Below, piece by piece: positions 9,476 through 18,343 of a stretch of 64,000 bases of DNA (position 1 is the stretch's first letter; every line of letters starts with the position of its first letter). Made by a program: the position numbers and the translations under genes. The DNA is from Candidatus Doudnabacteria bacterium RIFCSPHIGHO2_02_FULL_42_25. Lineage in GTDB: Bacteria > Patescibacteriota > Doudnabacteria > UBA920 > O2-02-FULL-48-8. The notes under the pieces were generated by a model. That model ran no database searches, was not told the DNA's origin, and saw only the letters and a program-made list of their open reading frames with translations. Location of the stretch: assembly GCA_001777665.1 (NCBI GenBank), contig MFEQ01000004.1, positions 10 through 64,009 on the forward strand, written 5' to 3'.

Positions 9476-9576
9476 CCCGTTAGAAATAATGATTAGTTAA
9501 TAAATAAAATTATTTAAGATTGTCCCGATAACTATAATCTACACGTAACTTTAAACTCTGTAAAATTTCTAACGGG
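9476..9576. repeat. MITE-like palindromic element, family CCCGTTAGAAAT...ATTTCTAACGGG (copy 1, abuts hpf ATG)
   Basis: 12-bp terminal inverted repeats ~100 bp apart; internal GATTAGTTAAT. Confidence 0.55.
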
Positions 9577-9612
9577 ATTCATGCACTAATATTATCTTAA
9601 GCAAGGGACTTT

Positions 9613-9691
9613 GTAAAATTAACTCGCGCAGGACGACGGTCCGAGCGCGTAGGCCAAAAATTCAGCAGAATTTTATGGCCGGTAATTTTAC
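9613..9691. repeat. 79-nt multi-hairpin structured element, copy 1 (candidate cis-regulatory/ncRNA element)
   Basis: Closing stem GTAAAATTA/TAATTTTAC, hairpins CTCG..GGAC-GACG-GTCC..CGAG and GGCC-AAAAATTC-AGCA-GAATTTTAT-GGCC; ~90% identical to 43693-43771. Confidence 0.6.
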
Positions 9692-9707
9692 AATGATCCC
9701 GAGCGCG

Positions 9708-11078
9708 CTACTTTACCATCTTTCTTGCGAGGTTGTCTATATCTCCTGCGCCCATCATTAATACTAAATCAAAATGTTTTATTTTTTCTTTGATCAATTT
9801 TTCTGTTTGAGACAAGTCTTTGGCATAAGTAGCCTTAGCTCCCTTTTTTGTTAACTCTTCTACCAACTGCTCCGAACTTATATCTTCACCGTGCTCTCTT
9901 CCAGTTACATCAAATATTTCTGGCAAGATTATTTCGTCAGCAGTGACTAATGCCTCGACAAAATCCCCAAATAGCGCTTTCGTTCGATTCCTGTGGTGTG
10001 GCTGAAAAACTACCAAAATCTTTTTATTTGGAAAGAATTCTCGAGCTGCTTGGATCGTTAGCTCCACTCCTGCTGGATGATGAGCGTAATCTGAAATGAC
10101 CGGTTTCAAATAATGATTACCGACTTCTTCAAACCTTCGCCATAGCCCATTAAATTCCGCTAGAGTTTGTTTAATCACGTCAAATTCTACCCCGAGCTTG
10201 ATCGCAGCTAGAATCGCGCCTAATGCATTGCTCATATTAAATATCCCTGGGACTTTGAGGACTATTTGACCAATCATTTCATCATCGTAGTGAAGATCAG
10301 CTATTTGTTCTCTATTGCCTATTTTGCAATTTACAGCCTGCAAATCAGCATAATGGTGGATACCAAATGTAAATTTGTGACAGGCCACGTGTTTGCATAC
10401 ATCCACTGTATTATGATCATCAGCGTTAAAAATCAAAATCCCTTCCGGTCCGATTGATTTAGCATATTCCAAAAATGCGGATTTGATATCTGACAAATCA
10501 TTGTAATAATCCAAATGATCTTCAGCGACATTAGTCACGATAATCATTTTGGGTTTGTTAAACAACATCTTGCGATGATATTCGTCAGATTCAACTACTA
10601 AATATTCACCTTTCCCATACCTAGCATTCGCCTGAAATTTATCCGATTCATTTTTGTGGGAAAGAGTAGAGCCTATTAACACTGTGGGGTCTAGATTCGC
10701 TCTTTCGAGGATTAGGCCCAATAAAGCCGTGGTTGTAGATTTGCCATTGGTTCCGGTCACCCCAATCCCATATTTCTCAACCATTAAATCGCCTAGAGCT
10801 TGAGCTTGGGAAATTTTCGGAGAGGTTATAAAATCCAAATCATCTTTCGGGATATCTTGAGAATAGATAACCAGATCTGGTTCAGGTGTAATTTTTGCGG
10901 GATTTGGACCTATGTCCACATCCATCCCCAAATCTTCCAGGGATTTGGTAATCACTGATTCTTTGATGTCTGAACCGGAAACATTTTTACCCATAGCAAA
11001 AAGAATTCTAGCTAGAGCTGAAACTCCAATTCCTCCAATTCCCAGACAATAAATATTTTTAGCTTGTTTGATATCCAT
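9708..11078 (-). CDS. murC: UDP-N-acetylmuramate--L-alanine ligase
   Basis: 456 aa; N-terminal GIGGIGVSALA Rossmann, Mur ligase central GTNGKSTT. Confidence 0.85.
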   Translation of the reverse strand: MDIKQAKNIYCLGIGGIGVSALARILFAMGKNVSGSDIKESVITKSLEDLGMDVDIGPNPAKITPEPDLVIYSQDIPKDDLDFITSPKISQAQALGDLMVEKYGIGVTGTNGKSTTTALLGLILERANLDPTVLIGSTLSHKNESDKFQANARYGKGEYLVVESDEYHRKMLFNKPKMIIVTNVAEDHLDYYNDLSDIKSAFLEYAKSIGPEGILIFNADDHNTVDVCKHVACHKFTFGIHHYADLQAVNCKIGNREQIADLHYDDEMIGQIVLKVPGIFNMSNALGAILAAIKLGVEFDVIKQTLAEFNGLWRRFEEVGNHYLKPVISDYAHHPAGVELTIQAAREFFPNKKILVVFQPHHRNRTKALFGDFVEALVTADEIILPEIFDVTGREHGEDISSEQLVEELTKKGAKATYAKDLSQTEKLIKEKIKHFDLVLMMGAGDIDNLARKMVK

Positions 11079-11178
11079 CCCGTTAGAAATTTTGATTAGT
11101 TAATTTTTATTATAATTTATATTTAAATGCGCCAAGGTCTGTAAATAGAAAAAGCGACTAAAAAGCATTTCTAACGGG
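11079..11178. repeat. MITE-like palindromic element, same family (copy 2, abuts murC ATG; distal arm lies in patatin 3' coding end)
   Basis: CCCGTTAGAAATTTTGATTAGTTAAT ... ATTTCTAACGGG. Confidence 0.55.
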
Positions 11179-12153
11179 ATCCATATCCGCTGCAATTTGT
11201 TTTTGTTGATATTGTTTGATTAGTTTTTTTATTTCTGGAACAGCGGCCTCCGCAGCCCTCCGACCTTCTTGATATATTTTATCCAAATTCGAAAATTCAG
11301 TTTTACCATAATGCTTAACATGAGGTTCGATCATCAGATCACAGGCGACATGGGATTCGTCCCATTGTTCCTCAATCCGGAATGAATGTTCGACAGCTTT
11401 GGTCATGACAGATATAACTCCGGGTATTTTAATATCTCTTTGTTCCAGGACGTCAGATTGGCTGTCTAATCGAAATAGCAGTCTGGGAGAGAGCTTAGGA
11501 ATAATTTTTTCCCGAATAAACTGTAGCCCCATGACATTGGTCAAAAATCTGTAGCCTCGCCAGATCGGCATCTTTTTTTCGTATATAAATTTAGTAGCAG
11601 CGATATTGATGCCAATTACGATATCGGCTCCCATTTCTTTCACGGGAAGAGTTGGCACGATATTTACCAATCCACCGTCTACCAAAACATGCTTTTCCCA
11701 AACAACTGGTTCAAACAATCCTGGCACAGCCACTGAAGCTTTAAATGCTGTATTGATGCTTCCAGATTTAATAGTAACCAGTTCTCCTGTATTGATATCT
11801 GTTGCAGAAAAGCCAACTTTTGGTCCTTCGATATCTTCAAAATTCATGTTATGTGTAACACTATTCAGCAACTCCTCCATAGCCTCATTGTGCAAATGAA
11901 ATAACCCGCCTTTTGCATTTTTCAAAGACCAAAATCTTAGTATACTCGGAAAACTCAACTCATAAAAAACTTTTTTCATGGCTTCCATGGTTCCAATAGC
12001 AAAACTAGCGGCAATCAAAGCCCCAGACGAACATCCAACTAAATAGTCTATCGTAATTTTATGTTCGCGAAACACCTCCAAAGCACCAATATGCGCTATA
12101 GCTCGGCCAGAGGCTCCAGATAAAGCGATCCCAATTTTCGGTCGGTTAGTCAT
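11158..12153 (-). CDS. Patatin-like phospholipase
   Basis: GxSxG lipase motif GCSSGA; glycine-rich oxyanion GIALSGASGRAIAHIG. Confidence 0.75.
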   Translation of the reverse strand: MTNRPKIGIALSGASGRAIAHIGALEVFREHKITIDYLVGCSSGALIAASFAIGTMEAMKKVFYELSFPSILRFWSLKNAKGGLFHLHNEAMEELLNSVTHNMNFEDIEGPKVGFSATDINTGELVTIKSGSINTAFKASVAVPGLFEPVVWEKHVLVDGGLVNIVPTLPVKEMGADIVIGINIAATKFIYEKKMPIWRGYRFLTNVMGLQFIREKIIPKLSPRLLFRLDSQSDVLEQRDIKIPGVISVMTKAVEHSFRIEEQWDESHVACDLMIEPHVKHYGKTEFSNLDKIYQEGRRAAEAAVPEIKKLIKQYQQKQIAADMDPVRNAF

Positions 12154-13235
12154 TATTGTTTCGTAATTATCGCGGCAATCCTTTTACTCGCATCTTTCGG
12201 AATTAGATGGCTGATATTACTTCCCATGGCTTCCCCACGCTTGGCGTTGAATTTGAGACTATTCAGAATTTGCTTGAGATTTGCAGGTATAGCTTCTTTT
12301 GCATTCAATACCACAGCAGCATGGGCATCCATAAGTATTTTAGCATTTTCTTCCTGATGTGTCTGAGGCATGGGGATAATGATCGCGACCTTGCTCAATG
12401 CAGATAATTCTGCGATCGTCGATAACCCGGCCCGAGCTATAACCAAATGCGCTGCTTTTAATATCGCGGCATAAGGTTCAAAAGGGATCAACTCATAAGG
12501 ATGATAATTTTGATGTTTAAACTTTATTCTGTTTTTGCCCGAACCGGTTTGGTGGATAATTTGATGCGCTGTGACTAAGTCTGGGAGTATCGCTTCGATT
12601 AAATTATTGATTTGGGCAGCACCAGTGGCTCCGCCTAAAATCAAAAGGATCGGCAACTCGTCATGTAAATTAAAATGTTTTTTTGCATCAACTTTTGAAT
12701 CAAATAGATCAGGTCGAACAGGATTTCCGACCCAAATCGCTGGATGCCAATTTTTATTAAACAAACCAGAGCCTGAATGAAATTCCTTTGCTGTTTGTTC
12801 GAAAGCTGTAGTGATCTCGGAAGCTAAGGGTGCTATCAATTTATTCGCAAGCCCAATAGCAGCATCTTGTTGATGAATATAAATTGGAATTTTCTTGAGA
12901 TAACAAACCCAAGCCAGAGGCACGGCCACAAAACCACCCGCTGAAAAAAAGACATCTGGTTTAAACTTATTAATTATTGAATATGCTTTCGATAGCCCAC
13001 CTACAAAAATAAACGGTGCAAACAAATTTTTCACACTCAAAAAACGACGCCACCGAGCGGCTGGCACGGTCTTAAACTTGATCCCGGCTTGTTCGACCAT
13101 CGTCCGCTCTGGTCCTTTTCTGGTTCCGACGAATAAAAATTGAACTTTCGGATGTTGATTTTTGATTTCCATGGCAACAGCGAGAACCGGCGAAACCGGA
13201 CCTCCAGAACCGCCACCAGCTAGTAAAATTTTCAT
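12153..13235 (-). CDS. murG: Undecaprenyldiphospho-muramoylpentapeptide beta-N-acetylglucosaminyltransferase
   Basis: 360 aa; N-terminal ILLAGGGSGG motif typical of MurG. Confidence 0.85.
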   Translation of the reverse strand: MKILLAGGGSGGPVSPVLAVAMEIKNQHPKVQFLFVGTRKGPERTMVEQAGIKFKTVPAARWRRFLSVKNLFAPFIFVGGLSKAYSIINKFKPDVFFSAGGFVAVPLAWVCYLKKIPIYIHQQDAAIGLANKLIAPLASEITTAFEQTAKEFHSGSGLFNKNWHPAIWVGNPVRPDLFDSKVDAKKHFNLHDELPILLILGGATGAAQINNLIEAILPDLVTAHQIIHQTGSGKNRIKFKHQNYHPYELIPFEPYAAILKAAHLVIARAGLSTIAELSALSKVAIIIPMPQTHQEENAKILMDAHAAVVLNAKEAIPANLKQILNSLKFNAKRGEAMGSNISHLIPKDASKRIAAIITKQ

Positions 13236-14332
13236 TTGTACACCTCTACAGTTTCTTCAGCAGCTTTTTTCCAGCTGAAATGTTTTGACCTTGCCAATGC
13301 TAAATTTGCTAATTCTTCCAAACGAATTGGATTATTCAATAAATTTTTCAAAACATCTATCATGTTAGTTAAATTATTCGGATCAAAATATTCCGCTCCC
13401 TGACCTGCGACCTCATGCAAAACCGGAATATCCGAACAAGCGATCGGGGTCCCACAAACACCCGCCTCGAGAATCGGCAAACCAAATCCTTCCATGTGTG
13501 AGGGTAAAACAAAAAGTGTGGCAGCATTGTATACTGCTTTCAAATCGTCATCAGATATTCGGCCCAGTGCTTTGATACGATCCTTGTTTTTTATATTATA
13601 CACTTCTTCCTTTATTTCTGGATAAAAAGGATCTGGCTCACCCACTAATACCAGCTCCAGGTCCAGTCCTTGAGTAACTAATTTATCAAAAGCTCTCGCA
13701 AGCATTGGTAGGTTTTTATATCGGCGCCAGGTTCCCACATACAATATATAGTGTTTAGTAATTCCAAATCTATTGGATATTTGCTGGAAAGCCAATTCTT
13801 TGTCCATCATTTGGTAAGTTTGATTAAACCCTTCGTAAACTACTTTTATTTTACCAGGATTCAAATTCTGATAATAATCCAAAAGCGCTCTTTTTGTAGC
13901 TTCTGAGACAGCGATGATTTTATCCGCACTTCGAACTGCGTTCCAAAACACGAGATGATAAGCCAAGCGATGAAAAAATCGCGACTTCTTTTTCCCAGGA
14001 ATCAACGTGTGAGTTAAATCATGAATCGTGACTATAAATCTTCCTCGATAAAATATCGGGGCATTGAAATGCGGGAAATGGACTATATCTAATTTTTCTT
14101 TTTTCAAAACAGATGGCAGATGTAATTGCTCTGCTACAGAATAATGTTTAATTCCGGTTATGACTATTTTTTGATTGTATTTTTTAAATACCTCGGTCTG
14201 TGATTCTTCGCGGAAAAACAATACAAACTCATTCAATTTATCCTGGTTGAGAATTTCATGAAAAAGCTCGGTAATGTACCGATCTATTCCCGTTCCCCCA
14301 CCAATCATTCGTAAATCAATTCCTATGCGCAT
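13232..14332 (-). CDS. Glycosyltransferase family 1 (GT4)
   Basis: EGFGLPILEAGVCGTPIACSDIPVLHEV GT-B C-terminal motif. Confidence 0.75.
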   Translation of the reverse strand: MRIGIDLRMIGGGTGIDRYITELFHEILNQDKLNEFVLFFREESQTEVFKKYNQKIVITGIKHYSVAEQLHLPSVLKKEKLDIVHFPHFNAPIFYRGRFIVTIHDLTHTLIPGKKKSRFFHRLAYHLVFWNAVRSADKIIAVSEATKRALLDYYQNLNPGKIKVVYEGFNQTYQMMDKELAFQQISNRFGITKHYILYVGTWRRYKNLPMLARAFDKLVTQGLDLELVLVGEPDPFYPEIKEEVYNIKNKDRIKALGRISDDDLKAVYNAATLFVLPSHMEGFGLPILEAGVCGTPIACSDIPVLHEVAGQGAEYFDPNNLTNMIDVLKNLLNNPIRLEELANLALARSKHFSWKKAAEETVEVYK

Positions 14333-15401
14333 ATTTTTCCTCTACGAATTGCTTAATCTTTCTTTGGAATTCGTTTTTATCAAACTGTAGGGCATGGTTT
14401 CTGATTGTTGTGCGATCAAACTTAGTGGCATCAAAATTCCTAACTTTTTCGATAATTGCTTCTTTTGTCTGTTCAGCAAAAAATTCACCCGTGACTCCCT
14501 CTTTTATCGCTTCTAGTGCTCCACCCTTACCGTAGGCGATTACTGGCGTACCGCAAGACTGAGCTTCCAAAAAAGTAATTCCAGCGTCTTCATCTGCTGC
14601 AAAAACATAAGCCTGTGCCTCACTGTAGTGTCTTCGCAATTGTTCATTCGACAGTACTCCCAAGAATTCTATGTTTGATTTGGCCTGGGATTTCAGCGTT
14701 TCCATTTCAGTACCAGATCCTGCAATTTTTAGAGATAACCCCAATTCATTGAAAGCCTGAACTATAACATCTACTTTCTTGTAAGGTTCAAGTCTACTAG
14801 CTGTAAAAAAATAATCTTTTTTTTCACCCATTGGTTGAAACGCTTGTGTGTCTACAGGTGGCGGAATCACAACTGAATCACGATTATAATATTTTTTTAT
14901 ACGCTCCTGGACATTCTTTGAATTCGTAATTATATAATTGGGTCTCTGAGCTGCTTTATAATCCCATTTTCTTAAAAGCGGAACAAACATTTTACCAATT
15001 GCTTTGAAAATTCTAGGATATTTCTGAACGTCTAAATATTTCGATTCTGTCCAAAGAAATCTAGTTGGTGTGTGCATATAACAAATATGGAGCTTGTCGG
15101 TCTTAATTCCTTTTGCAAACGAAGAGGAATCAGAAAGAACTAAATCATACTCTGCAAATTTAAAACTCTCGATTGCAGACGGCATCCAAAGCAAGAGCAA
15201 CCTATGATGGGTTTGGGCCAATGGAAAACTATTTAACCAGCTAATTTTCTTTTGATATTTTTCAAACTCATTACGTGTTTTTTCTTTATTGTAGAGAATC
15301 AAATGGACTTTAGCATCAGGCCAAATTTCAAAAAAATTCTGCAACACTCTTTCAGCACCTCCGATTTGATTCAAAAATTCATGTACTAACGCTACCTTCA
15401 T
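14316..15401 (-). CDS. Glycosyltransferase family 1 (GT4)
   Basis: C-terminal GTPVIAYGKGGALEAIKEGVTGEFF GT-B motif. Confidence 0.7.
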   Translation of the reverse strand: MKVALVHEFLNQIGGAERVLQNFFEIWPDAKVHLILYNKEKTRNEFEKYQKKISWLNSFPLAQTHHRLLLLWMPSAIESFKFAEYDLVLSDSSSFAKGIKTDKLHICYMHTPTRFLWTESKYLDVQKYPRIFKAIGKMFVPLLRKWDYKAAQRPNYIITNSKNVQERIKKYYNRDSVVIPPPVDTQAFQPMGEKKDYFFTASRLEPYKKVDVIVQAFNELGLSLKIAGSGTEMETLKSQAKSNIEFLGVLSNEQLRRHYSEAQAYVFAADEDAGITFLEAQSCGTPVIAYGKGGALEAIKEGVTGEFFAEQTKEAIIEKVRNFDATKFDRTTIRNHALQFDKNEFQRKIKQFVEEKYAHRN

Positions 15402-15799
15402 TGGTGTAACTCCGCAGTTGTTCCCCTCCCTGGAAGGGAGGGGTTAGGGGAGGGTCGAAGAGCTAACTTAAGCGTTAGGTCTGCAAACACTCCATCTAGG
15501 TTATTGAGAATTTGGGAGTTATCATAACGAATGATTTGATAACCTTTGGATATTAGATATTTCGTTCTGGTTTTATCGTAATCTATTCCTTGTGTTGTAA
15601 AATGCGAATCCCCATCTATTTCGATAATTAGATTTAAGGCTGCACAGTAAAAATCTACTATATAGGGACCTATGTCATGCTGCCGACGAAACTTAAGGTT
15701 ATTAAATTGCTTTGCAGAAACCATAGCCCAAAATACCTTCTCTGCTGGAGTAGAGTTGTGTCTTAATTCTCTTCTTTGCTTTGTTCGAGCTAAAACCAT
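15398..15799 (-). CDS. DUF559 endonuclease-domain protein (Vsr-like fold)
   Basis: GPYIVDFYCAALNLIIEIDGDSH... DUF559 core; C-terminal tail encoded by a CCCCTCCC/GGGAGGGG hairpin. Confidence 0.6.
   Translation of the reverse strand: MVLARTKQRRELRHNSTPAEKVFWAMVSAKQFNNLKFRRQHDIGPYIVDFYCAALNLIIEIDGDSHFTTQGIDYDKTRTKYLISKGYQIIRYDNSQILNNLDGVFADLTLKLALRPSPNPSLPGRGTTAELHQ
15423..15443. repeat. GC-rich hairpin CCCCTCCC-TGGA-AGGGAGGGG (family flanking DUF559 genes)
   Basis: Related hairpins at 15826-15846, 25566-25589, 40372-40392, 40804-40824, 40887-40907. Confidence 0.5.
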
Positions 15800-15859
15800 G
15801 TTAACCCTTTACGCTCCTCCCCCAGCCCCTCCTCAAAGAGGAGGGGTGAAACTGCGAGA

Positions 15860-17278
15860 TTAATAGTCAACCTTGGGCTTACGTCCAAGCAAAATCAAAA
15901 AAGTTTTAAAGATGATGTATATATCTAACCAGATCGACCAGTTTTCGATATAAAATGCATCAAGCTTGATTTCTTCCTCCCAAGATAACTCTGGTTTTTC
16001 TGAAGCCTGGGTAATTTGAGTAAGCCCAGTAGCTCCCGGCTTTAACACAAACAAATGTTTATATTCATTACGGAAATGATCTACCTCTTTCACCATGTGC
16101 ACCCTAGGACCGACCAAACTCATCTGGCCGATAAGGATGTGCCAAAGTTGTGGCATCTCGTCGAGTTTAGTTTTACGTAAAAATTTCCCGATCGGGGTAA
16201 CCCTAGGATCATTTTTAATTTTTACGAAGTGGCCTTGCCTCGCGTTTTGCTTCTCCAGCTCTTCTCGCAATTTGTCACCTGACACTGTCCCTTCACTCAT
16301 TTCATAAAACATGGTTCGGAATTTATAACATTCAAATTGCCCTAAGCCCGCCGCACGTAGTTGATGAAAAAATACAGGACCTCTGGAACTTAACTTGATC
16401 AAAATCGCTATGACCAAAAATATCGGACTTAGAATAATTAAACTAATCAATGAAATTATAAAATCGATAACCCTCTTCAATACCCGCCCCCAACCTTCGA
16501 GAGGTGTGCGTTTCAAAATAATAATCGGAATTCCGGAAATGGTTTCGACGTCTATGTTCGTCACCGAGGTTTCATACAAATTCGGGACAAAATTAAACCT
16601 GATTCCATAGTCTCGACAAAATTCAAGTAATGCTTCACTTACGTCTTGATGGAGTCTGGTGTCGGCTTGGAGGAGCTCGTCTATCCCTTCGTGATTTTTG
16701 ATTCGATTTAGTTCCTCTAATATCTGTTCCTTCGATAAATTCGAATCAATTTTGGCGACAATTCTATATCCGAGCTCTTTCCGTCGGTCAATATCCGATA
16801 TCAATTCCAAAACATCTTGCGGTTGAATTATAACCAGTCTATGCTGACCAATTCCCCTTCGAAGCATATTGACTTGGACCTGACGTAAAATAATTCTCCC
16901 CAAACTTATAAGAACAATCGTCAGAATCCATGTGAACAAAATAATTAACCTGGAGGGGAAAACTGTTTGGTTAAAAAAGAACAAAATCACGACCAGCAGT
17001 AGCCCCGAAGAAACTGCTAGTGTAATTTTTAGAAGCTCGGCCGATGTTCGTCGCGTGCCTTTCAAATTGTAAAGCCCGGCAAAAGCCAAAATCAAGATAA
17101 GTCCGGGACTGATTAGAAACAGAATTTGCATAAAATCAGCCAACGTCATCTCGTAAATAATCGGTCGGAATTTGTCGAATTCAAAGCGTAAATAAAAAGC
17201 GATGATACCCGCAAAAATGATCATCAAAAAATCGACGAAAATCGAGATTAAATTGAAATATAATTCGGACTTCTTCAT
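15860..17278 (-). CDS. Polyprenyl glycosylphosphotransferase (bacterial sugar transferase, WbaP/PssY-like)
   Basis: 472 aa; N-terminal TM helices, C-terminal YKFRTM...SLVGPR sugar-transferase domain. Confidence 0.8.
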   Translation of the reverse strand: MKKSELYFNLISIFVDFLMIIFAGIIAFYLRFEFDKFRPIIYEMTLADFMQILFLISPGLILILAFAGLYNLKGTRRTSAELLKITLAVSSGLLLVVILFFFNQTVFPSRLIILFTWILTIVLISLGRIILRQVQVNMLRRGIGQHRLVIIQPQDVLELISDIDRRKELGYRIVAKIDSNLSKEQILEELNRIKNHEGIDELLQADTRLHQDVSEALLEFCRDYGIRFNFVPNLYETSVTNIDVETISGIPIIILKRTPLEGWGRVLKRVIDFIISLISLIILSPIFLVIAILIKLSSRGPVFFHQLRAAGLGQFECYKFRTMFYEMSEGTVSGDKLREELEKQNARQGHFVKIKNDPRVTPIGKFLRKTKLDEMPQLWHILIGQMSLVGPRVHMVKEVDHFRNEYKHLFVLKPGATGLTQITQASEKPELSWEEEIKLDAFYIENWSIWLDIYIIFKTFLILLGRKPKVDY

Positions 17279-17301
17279 TGATTTAGGTAATTAGTATAGC
17301 A

Positions 17302-17332
17302 AAAAGCCTCGCTTTTCGCGAGGCTTTTTTTA
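17302..17332. terminator. Bidirectional rho-independent terminator
   Basis: AAAAAGCCTCGCTTTTCGCGAGGCTTTTTTT. Confidence 0.7.
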
Positions 17333-17342
17333 TGCGTAACGT

Positions 17343-17624
17343 TTAGCGTCTATCGTAGTCCCTACGTGGGCCTTCGGTTTTAGGACGTGCTTCGTTAACA
17401 GCCAATTGTCTTCCGCCAAAATCTGTACCATTGAACATCTCAATAGCTTTGTCAGCTTCATCATCGCTGGACATTTCCACGAATCCAAAGCCTTTAGATC
17501 TGCCAGAAAACTTGTCGGTTATGATTTGCGCGCTTACTACATTACCAGCACCTGAAAAGTGATTTTTCAACTCATCAGAAGTGGTAGAGTATGGCAAACC
17601 ACCGACGAACAATTTCTTAGCCAT
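17343..17624 (-). CDS. RNA-binding protein (RRM domain)
   Basis: RNP2 LFVGGL and RNP1 KGFGFVEM motifs. Confidence 0.75.
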   Translation of the reverse strand: MAKKLFVGGLPYSTTSDELKNHFSGAGNVVSAQIITDKFSGRSKGFGFVEMSSDDEADKAIEMFNGTDFGGRQLAVNEARPKTEGPRRDYDRR

Positions 17625-17704
17625 TTACTAGCCTTCAATACAAAGGGAAACACACTAATATGCGAACCCCTATTGTCTAATTAATGAACTTCCCTTCGAC
17701 TAAA

Positions 17705-17846
17705 CCCAGTATATCAACTTCGATAAATGGCTAATTTGCTTTTGCCTATTATCAAAGCTTGTTTTATAAAAAAATTATTAATCTATAAACCAAATTTTGA
17801 CGTTAAGCCATTTGAAGGGCAAAAGCATCGAAGTTGTATTACTGGG
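17705..17846. repeat. Long imperfect palindrome, family CCCAGTATATCAACTTCGATA...TATCGAAGTTGTATTACTGGG (copy 1)
   Basis: ~21-30-bp TIRs plus inner IRs (AAATGGCT/AGCCATTT; GCTTTTGCC/GGCAAAAGC). Confidence 0.55.
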
Positions 17847-17875
17847 AAAGGAAACAGGAATAAGTATACACTAGG

Positions 17876-17904
17876 TTGACAAATATGTCAATATCCGCTA
17901 TACT
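17876..17904 (+). promoter_or_regulatory. Sigma-70-like promoter for rnpB (TTGACA-17 bp-TATACT)
   Basis: TTGACA at 17876-17881, 17-bp spacer, TATACT at 17899-17904, ~7 nt before RNase P RNA 5' end. Confidence 0.6.
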
Positions 17905-17911
17905 ATACATT

Positions 17912-18288
17912 GCTTTCTAAGTAAGTGGGTAATCGCCCTGACGGAAACGTCCGGGAGGAAAGTCCGAACACGTGTGAATTGGATGAAGTCTCATGAGTTC
18001 ATGCAGTTCAGCAGGTAGTGGGTAATTCCCACCGGGAGTAATCCTCGAGATGCGAACAGAAACGCTTCGATCAGAAATGGGAGAAGTATCCAGTAATGGA
18101 TAATGCTCGTCGTAAGGCGAGAGTGAAACGGCTAAATTCATACTTGTCAGTGCAATACCGAATAGGTCCTTCACAGGACGGGTAGGTAGCTAGAGTTCTA
18201 CAGCAATGTAGATCCCAGAGAGATGATTGCCTCTCCCGACGTAAGTCGGGATCAGACAGAATTCGGCTTATAGCTTGCTTAGAAAGCA
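17912..18288 (+). ncRNA. rnpB: RNase P RNA (bacterial type A-like)
   Basis: GGGAGGAAAGTCCGAACAC (P4 5' strand) and ACAGAATTCGGCTTATAG (P4 3' strand); P1 pairing GCTTTCTAAGTAAG / CTTGCTTAGAAAGC; promoter immediately upstream. Confidence 0.8.
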
Positions 18289-18343
18289 TTTTTAAAATCC
18301 GATCAAAAGATGGGATTTTAAATTGTATTAATTATTTTTATAA

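Noticed and set aside
17917-18289. Minus-strand ORFs (85 aa, 72 aa) overlapping the rnpB region
   Set aside because: Region carries the universally conserved RNase P RNA P4 sequences with an upstream promoter; the ORFs are chance frames within an RNA gene.
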